From the NCBI GenBank assembly GCA_963851265.1, contig CAWKNZ010000007.1, forward strand, positions 416,001-480,000: a stretch of DNA of 64,000 nucleotides, given 5' to 3'. Made by a program: the position numbers and the translations under genes. Positions 56,414 through 64,000 of the stretch are shown here, piece after piece; the first letter of the stretch is position 1, and every line of letters starts with the position of its first letter. The notes under the pieces are model-generated. The model did not search any database. It was not told the DNA's origin and saw only the letters and a list, made by a program, of their open reading frames with translations. Source of the DNA: an uncultured Gemmatimonadales bacterium. GTDB taxonomy: Bacteria > Gemmatimonadota > Gemmatimonadetes > Gemmatimonadales > Gemmatimonadaceae.

Positions 56414-56508
56414 GGGCGAACCGTGGCGCGCCGCGGGGCACGGCGCAAGGCTTGCCGCGCGAACGCGTGCACGACGGGACTCCACTCTCACCACCAGCGA
56501 GGTTACGC

Positions 56509-56922
56509 GTGGCCGACTTCACCAACCCCAGCGCGAGCGTCGCCGACATGGCGGCCGGAAATCCTGGCATCAACATGGGCACGACGGGGTCCATGCGCGA
56601 GACCGAGTACGCGTCCGACGACCTCTGGGGGCAGCACGACGCGCAATTGCGCGCGCAGTATCCGACGCGCGCGTACGCGTCGCCGGAACGCTCGTACGAG
56701 CACTATCAGCCCGCCTACCGGTACGGCCACGGCGCGGCCACGCAGCACGCCGGGCGCGAGTGGTCGGAGGTGGAGCGCGACTTGGAGCGCGGGTGGGACA
56801 AGGCGCGCGGCTCGAGCGCGTCGGCGTGGCACGAGGTCAAGGATGCGGCGCGCGACGCGTGGGACCACGTGCGCGGCTCGTCGCACGCCGGCGCCTCCTC
56901 GCACACCACCACGGTCCGCTGA
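56509..56922 (+). CDS. Small hydrophilic hypothetical protein
   Basis: GAGGT SD then GTG; YEHYQPAYRYG...WSEVERDLERGW...WHEVKDAARDAWD; codon usage typical of the window. Confidence 0.7.
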   Translation: MADFTNPSASVADMAAGNPGINMGTTGSMRETEYASDDLWGQHDAQLRAQYPTRAYASPERSYEHYQPAYRYGHGAATQHAGREWSEVERDLERGWDKARGSSASAWHEVKDAARDAWDHVRGSSHAGASSHTTTVR

Positions 56923-56927
56923 CCGGC

Positions 56928-57920
56928 ATGGATACGCCCGCGTTCGACCTCTCCGCGCTGCTGCCCGGCCGGCCGCCGGGCGACGACCACGGCGCGCCGC
57001 TCCAGATCGCCGACGACCTCTCGTGGCTCCGGTGCGGGATCGTGAACGTCGCGTTCCTCGGCCACCCCGACGCAGGCGACCGCGGATGGGTACTGGTCGA
57101 CGCGGGGTTGCCGGGATTCGCCGGGACGATTGCGCGGGCGGCCGAGGCGCGGTTCGGCGGCTCGCGGCCGGCGGCGATCGTGCTCACCCACGGGCACTTC
57201 GACCACGTCGGAGCGCTGCAGGACCTGGCGGATCAGTGGGACGCGCCGATCTACGCGCACTTCCTCGAGATGCCGTATCTGACGGGCCAGTCGGCGTATC
57301 CACCGCCGGATCCGACGGTGGGCGGCGGCGCGATGGCGTTCAGCTCGCCGCTCTTTCCGCCGGGGCCGTTCGATTTCGGGGACCGCATGCGCCCGCTGCC
57401 GAGCGAGGGCGCGGTGAACACGGGGCCGGTGCCGAACGCGCCCGACTGGCGCTGGTGGCACACGCCGGGGCATGCGCCCGGGCACGTGTCGCTCTGGCGC
57501 GAGCGCGACCGCGCGCTCGTGGCCGGCGACGCGTTCGTGACGACGAAACAGGAGTCGGCGATCGCCGTGTACGAGCAGCGGCTCGAGATGCACGGGCCGC
57601 CGATGTACTACACGCCGGACTGGGACGCGTCGCGCGCCTCGGTGCAGCGCCTGGCCGCGCTCGAGCCGTCGGTCGCGATCACGGGGCACGGGCTGCCGAT
57701 GTCGGGCGCGGCACTCACGGACGGGCTGCACGCGCTCGCGCGGGACTTCGACCGCGTGGCGCGCCCGGCCCGCGGGCGGTACGCGCACGAGCCCGCGCGC
57801 ACCGACGAGTCGGGGGTCCGCTCGCTGCCGCCGGCGGTTCCGGACGTCACGCCGCTCGCGCTCGTCGGCACGGCGCTCGCGGCCGGGCTGGTCCTGGGCG
57901 CGGCGGGGCGGGAGCGTTAG
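56928..57920 (+). CDS. MBL-fold metallo-hydrolase
   Basis: LVDAG, THGHFDHVG, HTPGHAPGH, AGDA and TGHG. Confidence 0.92.
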   Translation: MDTPAFDLSALLPGRPPGDDHGAPLQIADDLSWLRCGIVNVAFLGHPDAGDRGWVLVDAGLPGFAGTIARAAEARFGGSRPAAIVLTHGHFDHVGALQDLADQWDAPIYAHFLEMPYLTGQSAYPPPDPTVGGGAMAFSSPLFPPGPFDFGDRMRPLPSEGAVNTGPVPNAPDWRWWHTPGHAPGHVSLWRERDRALVAGDAFVTTKQESAIAVYEQRLEMHGPPMYYTPDWDASRASVQRLAALEPSVAITGHGLPMSGAALTDGLHALARDFDRVARPARGRYAHEPARTDESGVRSLPPAVPDVTPLALVGTALAAGLVLGAAGRER

Positions 57921-58013
57921 GCAACCGCCGGCGCCGGCGCCGGCGCCGCGCACGCGCCGGGATCCGGGTGCGTGCGCGGCGCGAGCCGCAGCGTCAGGCA
58001 GAGCCGGGCGGGC

Positions 58014-58916
58014 TCACGAGTAGTAGCGTCGCAGCCGCGTCGCCACGCCGTCGAGGTCGGGGAAGAGCCGCCGCTCGTCGATCGTGACGAGGTCGAGCTG
58101 GTCGCGTATGCGGGCCACGTCCTCAGCCGCGACGACGAAGCGGGTGAGCGCGTCGGTGAGGCCGTGCGCGTCCAGGAACTGGTCGAACGCGTGCCCGGTG
58201 TCGGAGCAGAGCGTAAATACGGCCGACTGCGCGGCGATGCGCGCGTCGAGCGTCGGCGGCTCGAAGAGGCAGGCGAACGCGGGGATGGCGCGGGCGCGCG
58301 CCATGAGCGCCCACGGCGTGAAGTCCCGCTCGCCTCGGAGCGTCGTGAGGTCGCCCGCGAGCAGCGCGCGCGCGGGCAGCTGAAACGCCGTGTGCACGCG
58401 CAGCCAGTCGAGCCGCCAGATCACGCGTGCGGTACCGCTCGCCGCGGGCTCCTCACCCTGCGCGGCGTCGTCGGCGGGCGGCGCGCCGCCGTGGTCGCGC
58501 GCCGCGCGGTCCGCGCCGCGGTCCGGGCGACCCTCGCCTTCCGCGTCGCGACGTCCGAGGGTGGCGAAATGCGCGGCGACGAACGGCGAGTACGACCAGT
58601 CGAGCAGCCGCGTCGGCACGCCGTGGTGCTGCGCGGTGGCGAGAAGCTCCCAATCGTTCTGCATGTCGCTGCGCACGTACGGGCGCGAGTAGCGCACGAA
58701 GTTGCGGAGCACGTGCTCCTCGAGACCGGACTTCGTGTGCGGCGGGTTGACGCCGCCCAGACGGTCGAGGCTGGTGAGCATCGGCCAGCGCGAGTCACCC
58801 ACACCCCGGTAGACGCCGCTGTCGCGCCGTCTCCCGGTGATAGGGTCGGGCTCGTCAGGCGTGACGCGGTCGATGAACTCGCCGAGCGAACGGATGCGGA
58901 CGGTTTCGGTGATCAC
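58014..58916 (-). CDS. FRG domain-containing protein
   Basis: VYRG, AQHHGVPTRLLDWSYSPFVAAHFA, RIAAQSAVF and LFPDLDG. Confidence 0.9.
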   Translation of the reverse strand: MITETVRIRSLGEFIDRVTPDEPDPITGRRRDSGVYRGVGDSRWPMLTSLDRLGGVNPPHTKSGLEEHVLRNFVRYSRPYVRSDMQNDWELLATAQHHGVPTRLLDWSYSPFVAAHFATLGRRDAEGEGRPDRGADRAARDHGGAPPADDAAQGEEPAASGTARVIWRLDWLRVHTAFQLPARALLAGDLTTLRGERDFTPWALMARARAIPAFACLFEPPTLDARIAAQSAVFTLCSDTGHAFDQFLDAHGLTDALTRFVVAAEDVARIRDQLDLVTIDERRLFPDLDGVATRLRRYYS

Positions 58917-59143
58917 GCCGCCGGCGAGTGCAACCCGCGTGCTGGCGCGGGCGCGGCGGACTCTGCGTTAGGCAGTGCGCCCGGGCCCGGCAACGGTCGT
59001 ACGCGCGGGTGCAACCTACGCTCTAGTCGTCCAACAGACCGGCGACCGCGCGGTCGGACGCACGTTCCTGCGCGCGCGTGCCGGCGACGCGCGCGACGTC
59101 GGCCTGGATGATCTCGGCGACGGCGCAGCGCGTTGGCGGAGCG

Positions 59144-59623
59144 TCACGCGGGGAAGAGCTCGCGCGCCGCGTCGAGGTCGTCCGCGACGCGGGCGCGGTG
59201 CGGTTCGGGGAGCGCGTGCACGCCCGCCCGCGCGCCGTCGAGAATGCGGTCGAGCAGGGCGCGCCGTTCGGCGGTCCACGCGGGGTCGTCCGGTCCGAGC
59301 GCGAGCACGGCGCCGAGCACGTCGCCCGGGCCGTAGTCGCCTGCGAGAAAGGGCTCACGTTCGAGGCGGGCGAGCGCGAGCGGGAGCACCCACCGCACCC
59401 CCCGGCCGTGGGCCAGTAGCCGCCGCAGCTCCGCCGGGCCGAGGTCGCGCAGGGCGGATACGAGCGCCCGCGCGAGCCACGCCGTACTCCCCATGCCGTA
59501 CGCGCCCTTCTCGACGGCGAGCCCCTCGAGCTCGGCGATCGAGCGCGCGAGCGTCTCGGTCGTGAACTCCGGCGGGTACGGCGGCGGCACGAACGCCGGC
59601 GGGACGAAGGCGGGGGGCGCCAT
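59144..59623 (-). CDS. CdiI-like (contact-dependent inhibition) immunity protein
   Basis: LRRLLAHGRGVRWVLPLALARLEREPFLAGDYGPGDVL resembles the CdiI immunity pattern LR..I.Q..GL..L.P.AL..L...P..EGDYY.GDLL. Confidence 0.6.
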   Translation of the reverse strand: MAPPAFVPPAFVPPPYPPEFTTETLARSIAELEGLAVEKGAYGMGSTAWLARALVSALRDLGPAELRRLLAHGRGVRWVLPLALARLEREPFLAGDYGPGDVLGAVLALGPDDPAWTAERRALLDRILDGARAGVHALPEPHRARVADDLDAARELFPA

Positions 59624-59686
59624 GCGCGGAAGATGCACCCGCGCGCACGCACGCGCGTGGCCGAAAGGCGCCCTAGTTTCGACGAC

Positions 59687-62326
59687 GTGTCGTCCAGCCC
59701 GCGCTTCGCGCCCCCGCTACCGATCGACGAGGCGCTTCCCGCACTCGGGACCGCGCTCGCGACGTCGACACGCGCCGTACTGCAGGCCCCGCCGGGGGCG
59801 GGGAAGACGACGCGCGTGCCACTCGCGCTGCTCGACGCACCCTGGCTCGCGGGCCGCACCGTCGTGATGCTCGAGCCGCGGCGCCTGGCGGCGCGCGCGG
59901 CGGCGCGGCGCATGGCGGTCACGTTAGGCGAGGAGGTGGGCGCGACGGTCGGGTTCCGCGTGCGCGCCGAGACCCGCGTCTCGTCGCGCACGCGGGTCGA
60001 GGTCGTCACCGAGGGCGTGCTCACGCGGATGCTGCAGGAGGACGCCGCGCTCGAGCGGGTGGGGGCCGTGCTGTTCGACGAGTACCACGAACGCTCGCTG
60101 CAGGCGGACGTCGGGCTGGCGCTCGTGCTCGAACTGCAGCAGGTGCTCCGCGACGACCTGCGTGTGCTCGTCATGTCGGCGACGCTCGACGGCGCGCGCG
60201 TGGCCGCACTGCTCGGCCGCGCGGGCGACGGCGCGCCCGCCCCGGTGGTGACCAGCGCGGGACGCGCGTACCCCGTCGAGGTGCGGTGGCGCGCGCAGCG
60301 GCCGCCGCCCCAGCACGGCGCGGTCGAAGCCGCCGCCGCTGCGACCGTTAGGCGCGCGCTCGACGCGCACGACGGAGACGTGCTCGTCTTCCTCCCCGGC
60401 GCGGCGGAGATCCGGCGCGCGGGCGAGGCGCTCACCGATCCGCCGCTGCCGGCCGGCGTGCGCGTGCACGCGCTGCACGGGCTGCTATCGCCCGCCGAGC
60501 AGGACGCGGCGATCGCTCCGTCCGCGTCGGGCGCTCGGAAGGTGGTGCTCGCGACGGCGATCGCCGAGACCAGTCTCACCATCGAAGGCGTTCGCGTGGT
60601 CGTCGACGCGGGGCTCGCGCGGGTACCCCGCTTCTCGCCGCGCACCGGCATGACGTACCTCGACACGGTGCGCGTGTCGCAGGCGGCCGCGGAGCAGCGG
60701 CGCGGGCGCGCGGGGCGCGTCGCGCCGGGCGTGTGCTACCGCCTGTGGCCCGAGGCGGAGCACGCCGGGTTGCTCGCCTATGCGCCACCCGAGATCCTCG
60801 ACGCCGACCTCGCGCCGCTGGCGCTGGAGTTGGCCGACGCGGGCGTTCGCGATCCGGGGACGCTCCTCTGGCTCGACCCACCGCCGGCGGCCGCGTACGC
60901 CCGCGCGCGCGAGCTGCTGGCGCAGCTCGACGCGCTCACCGCGGCGGGGCCGGACGGGCGGATCACCGCGCACGGGCGCCGCATGACCGACGTGGGTCTG
61001 CACCCGCGGCTCGCCCACATGACCATCGGCGCCGCGCCCGACGCCGCGTGGACCGCGTGCGCGCTCGCCGTCCTGCTCGCCGAACGTGACATCCTCCGTG
61101 GCGCGTCGGCGCAACCGCCCGAGGTCGACGTCGAGCTGCGGATCGCTCTCCTGCGTCGCGGCCCGGTGCCACCGACGGTGCACGGCGCCGGCGTCGACCG
61201 CGCGGCGGTGCATCGCGTCCGCGACGACCTCGGCGCGCTGCTGCGCCGCTTGCGGGTGCGCGACGCAGCCGACGGCTCGGCAACTCCGGGCGCCACGGGT
61301 GATGCGGTCGGCGCGCTCGTCGCCGCCGCCTACCCCGACCGCGTCGCGCAGCGGCGCCCGGGACCGCCAGGCCGGTTCCTCCTGCGCAACGGGCGAGGTG
61401 TCGCGGTGTCGGCCGACGACCCTCTGGCGCGCGCACCGTACCTCGCGGTCGCCGAGCTGGTCGGCGCGCCGGGCGATCGCGAGAGCCGCGTCGCGCTCGC
61501 GGCGTCGCTGACGCTCGAACGCATCGAGGCGCAGTTCGCCGGGCAGATCGTGCACGAGGACGAGGTGGCGTGGGACGACGCGACCGACGCGGTGCGCGCG
61601 CGCCACGTGGACCGGCTCGACGCGCTGGTCCTGCGCGAGCGCCCGTCGCGGAACGCAGATCCGGCACGCGCCGCGGCCCTGCTCGCCGAGGTCGCACGCG
61701 CACGCATCGGCGCCGACGGCGCCACGCTCGACGCGCTCGCGGCGGGCGGTGTGGCGGCCTCGCTACGTGCACGCGTCGCATTCGTGCGACAGTTGGCCGA
61801 TGCCGGCGAGCCGGCGGCGGTGCGCGCGGGCCCGTGGCCGGACTGGAGCGACGCCGCGCTCGCCGGCGACGTGGGCGCGTGGCTCGCGCCACACCTCGGG
61901 GGGTTGCGGAGCTGGTCGGAGGTGCGGTCCCTCGATCTCACCGCGATCCTGCGCGGCTCGCTCACGCACGGCCAGCTCAGCGCGCTGGACGCGCTCGCTC
62001 CGACGCACCTCGTGGTCCCGAGCGGCTCGCGGCTGCCCATCGACTACGCGAACCCCGATGCGCCGTCGCTGTCCGTACGGCTGCAGGAACTGTTCGGGCT
62101 CGCCGAAACGCCGCGCGTGGGCGCGGGACGCGTCCCGGTGGTGCTGGCGCTCCTGTCGCCCGCGCACCGGCCGGTGCAGGTCACGCGGGACCTCGCGGGG
62201 TTCTGGCGGTCGAGCTACTTCGACGTACGGCGGGAACTGCGAGGGCGGTACCCGAAGCACGCGTGGCCGGAGGATCCGGCACGAGCGGAGCCGACCGCGC
62301 GCGCGAAGCGGCGGGTGGCCGAGTAG
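59687..62326 (+). CDS. hrpB: ATP-dependent helicase HrpB
   Basis: APPGAGKTT, EPRRLAAR, DEYHER, MSAT, AETSLTIEG and QRRGRAGR; C-terminal LLSPAHRP...FW..SY...RGRYPKH.WP. Confidence 0.96.
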   Translation: MSSSPRFAPPLPIDEALPALGTALATSTRAVLQAPPGAGKTTRVPLALLDAPWLAGRTVVMLEPRRLAARAAARRMAVTLGEEVGATVGFRVRAETRVSSRTRVEVVTEGVLTRMLQEDAALERVGAVLFDEYHERSLQADVGLALVLELQQVLRDDLRVLVMSATLDGARVAALLGRAGDGAPAPVVTSAGRAYPVEVRWRAQRPPPQHGAVEAAAAATVRRALDAHDGDVLVFLPGAAEIRRAGEALTDPPLPAGVRVHALHGLLSPAEQDAAIAPSASGARKVVLATAIAETSLTIEGVRVVVDAGLARVPRFSPRTGMTYLDTVRVSQAAAEQRRGRAGRVAPGVCYRLWPEAEHAGLLAYAPPEILDADLAPLALELADAGVRDPGTLLWLDPPPAAAYARARELLAQLDALTAAGPDGRITAHGRRMTDVGLHPRLAHMTIGAAPDAAWTACALAVLLAERDILRGASAQPPEVDVELRIALLRRGPVPPTVHGAGVDRAAVHRVRDDLGALLRRLRVRDAADGSATPGATGDAVGALVAAAYPDRVAQRRPGPPGRFLLRNGRGVAVSADDPLARAPYLAVAELVGAPGDRESRVALAASLTLERIEAQFAGQIVHEDEVAWDDATDAVRARHVDRLDALVLRERPSRNADPARAAALLAEVARARIGADGATLDALAAGGVAASLRARVAFVRQLADAGEPAAVRAGPWPDWSDAALAGDVGAWLAPHLGGLRSWSEVRSLDLTAILRGSLTHGQLSALDALAPTHLVVPSGSRLPIDYANPDAPSLSVRLQELFGLAETPRVGAGRVPVVLALLSPAHRPVQVTRDLAGFWRSSYFDVRRELRGRYPKHAWPEDPARAEPTARAKRRVAE

Positions 62327-62344
62327 GCCGTCGTCGAACGAGAA

Positions 62345-62376
62345 ACGCGGGGCGGGCCGTCAGGCCCGCCCCGCGT
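62345..62376. terminator. Hairpin between convergent hrpB and L,D-transpeptidase
   Basis: ACGCGGGGCGGGCC-GTCA-GGCCCGCCCCGCGT, a 14-bp stem. Confidence 0.7.
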
Positions 62377-62402
62377 CGATCGCTCCCCAGCTCCGTCCCA
62401 GC

Positions 62403-63350
62403 TCAGTAGATGTAGACCGGCGTGCCGACCGGGACATGCTGGTACAGCCACTCGATGTCTTCGTCGTAGAGCCGGATGCAGCCGTGCGTGGCCGCGTCGC
62501 CGATCGTGTCTTCGTGCGGGGTGCCGTGGAAGTAGTATCCGTCACCGAGCGCGAGGCGGAAGCGACCGAGCTCGCCGTCGATCGTCCGATTGGCCGTGCC
62601 CGCGGGGGGGATGTAGAGCGTGTTGTTGAAGATGATCTCCTCGTCGACCGGCAGCTCCTCGAACTTGCCGTTCTCGATCACGCCGGCCTTGCCGCCGCGG
62701 ACCGTGAGGAGGCGCCCCTTGCCGATCGGCATCGCCCCGCGTTCGGGCATGTGGGCGAGCTTGAGGCCCATGTTCTTCGCCGTCTCGGCGTAGTGCCACT
62801 CCGGCGGCACCCAGACCGGGTTCTCCTGCTTGCCGAGCACCGTGCGGCGGCCGCGCGGGGTCTGGAAGGTCCACGACTTCGCCCCGAAGGTGATCGTGGT
62901 GTCCATCCCGGTCGCGATCGCGGCAACGAGCAGCGTGTCGTCGCCGTCGAGCACGTGCAGCACGCGGTCTTCGAGCGAGACGGCGACGCGCATGCCGCTG
63001 TGGGTGCGGGCGAGCGCGCGCTCGGCGAGAACGCCGGCGACGCTGTCGCCCCGGGAGCGGTAATGCGTGACGCGGCGCTCGGAGGCCGGGACGACGACTT
63101 CGCCGGCCGCCATGCCGTCTATCGCGATCGCAGAGTCACGCGGGTCGTCCTGCGTGGCGGCCGTGCTGGCGACGACCGGGCCGCGGGCGGCGCGGGTCGG
63201 AGCGGGCACCGTCGGACGCGACGCGCGCTGCGCGTCGGCGACCCGCGCGCCCGACAACGTCAGGGCGAGCGTGGCGAGGGCGACCGTGGTGCGGCGGAAC
63301 GTAGACACGGACGAGGTCACGCGAAGCGGGAAGCGGGAAACGATGTCCAT
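62403..63350 (-). CDS. L,D-transpeptidase (YkuD family)
   Basis: Signal peptide; TPRG, PVWVPP, FHGT, ATHGCIRL and VGTPVYIY; start uncertain. Confidence 0.9.
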   Translation of the reverse strand: MDIVSRFPLRVTSSVSTFRRTTVALATLALTLSGARVADAQRASRPTVPAPTRAARGPVVASTAATQDDPRDSAIAIDGMAAGEVVVPASERRVTHYRSRGDSVAGVLAERALARTHSGMRVAVSLEDRVLHVLDGDDTLLVAAIATGMDTTITFGAKSWTFQTPRGRRTVLGKQENPVWVPPEWHYAETAKNMGLKLAHMPERGAMPIGKGRLLTVRGGKAGVIENGKFEELPVDEEIIFNNTLYIPPAGTANRTIDGELGRFRLALGDGYYFHGTPHEDTIGDAATHGCIRLYDEDIEWLYQHVPVGTPVYIY

Positions 63351-63582
63351 CTGGTGCTGCCTCATACTGACAGTGAACGACGAAAGTTGCGCTGAAGCCA
63401 TAGCGGCACCCACGCCGCAAGGGGATGCCGGTCACACCGGCACCCCCTCGTCGTGCAACTGGCGGTCCACATGTTAAAGGGCTGTTTGCACCCGCGCCAC
63501 ATGCGGCGCGCGCGCCACAGCCTTCGCGACCAGCGTGCCGTGACAGAATCCCAGGGCGCCAAACGACTGGCGCCCCGACCGT

Positions 63583-63876
63583 TCACCCGTGCGCGATGCC
63601 GTATCCGGCAGCGGCGAGGAGGAGCGCGCCGAGCGCCCCGACGACCGTGAAGCCCGCGCCGCGGCGCGGCTCGAGCGGCCGCTCGTTCCATTCGGCGCCG
63701 ACGCGCCATTCGCGACGACCGCGCCAGGCGCCGAGGGCGAGCATGACGAGCGCGAAGGCGACTCGGCGCGCGACGCCGGTGCCGGCGCCGTACGGCGCGA
63801 GCACGTGTCCCGCGAGCATCCCGCCGCCAGCGACGGCGAGCGCGGTCGTGAGATGGGCGACGGTGGGCGCCGTCAC
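63583..63876 (-). CDS. Small membrane protein
   Basis: Three hydrophobic segments. Confidence 0.5.
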   Translation of the reverse strand: MTAPTVAHLTTALAVAGGGMLAGHVLAPYGAGTGVARRVAFALVMLALGAWRGRREWRVGAEWNERPLEPRRGAGFTVVGALGALLLAAAGYGIAHG

Positions 63877-63928
63877 CGAGGCGGCCTGCTCACGACGCCG
63901 GCGCGCGCAGCCATCTCAGCACCTCGCC

Positions 63929-64000
63929 TCAGTGCGCGGCGAAGCGCGTGGTCGCACCGCCGGTCGCGAAGGCGAGCACCGTGTAACGCTCCGCCCGGTC
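63929..64000 (-). CDS. C-terminal fragment of a CDS running off the window
   Basis: Open frame DRAERYTVLAFATGGATTRFAAH-stop with typical codon usage. Confidence 0.35.
   Translation of the reverse strand, partial: DRAERYTVLAFATGGATTRFAAH

Noticed and set aside
56928..57920. Metallo-beta-lactamase resistance gene
   Set aside because: No signal peptide; generic HxHxDH MBL-fold hydrolase.

Overview
Very GC-rich (roughly 75% by eye) bacterial chromosomal window. Gene content and style suggest Gemmatimonadota (Gemmatirosa/Roseisolibacter-like), but this is inference only. It holds about 50 CDSs, with no rRNA, tRNA, CRISPR array, integrase or transposase seen. The main content is: (i) a ~10.6 kb minus-strand, translationally coupled respiratory operon with two paralogous PQQ dehydrogenase + cytochrome c pairs, followed by a caa3-type heme-copper oxidase (coxB-coxA-coxC), a membrane protein and a CtaG-cytochrome c fusion. 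Subunit I lacks the canonical proton-channel Glu (GHPWVY) and Lys. (ii) Housekeeping and envelope genes: nadE, PBP1A, lon, pfkA, ispH, msrB, fadN/fadA, hrpB and two L,D-transpeptidases. (iii) Tandem membrane Ser/Thr kinases coupled to a CUG-initiated histidine phosphatase. (iv) A DExH helicase with an apparently permuted motif order. (v) A probable 6S RNA. (vi) An FRG-domain gene and an orphan CdiI-like immunity gene. Two window-wide patterns stand out. The non-palindromic octamer CGTTAGGC occurs at least 21 times, mostly inside genes where it imposes rare codons. Many genes also have a -10 box only 6-7 nt before the start codon, which indicates leaderless mRNAs. Start coordinates were refined by eye and are provisional.
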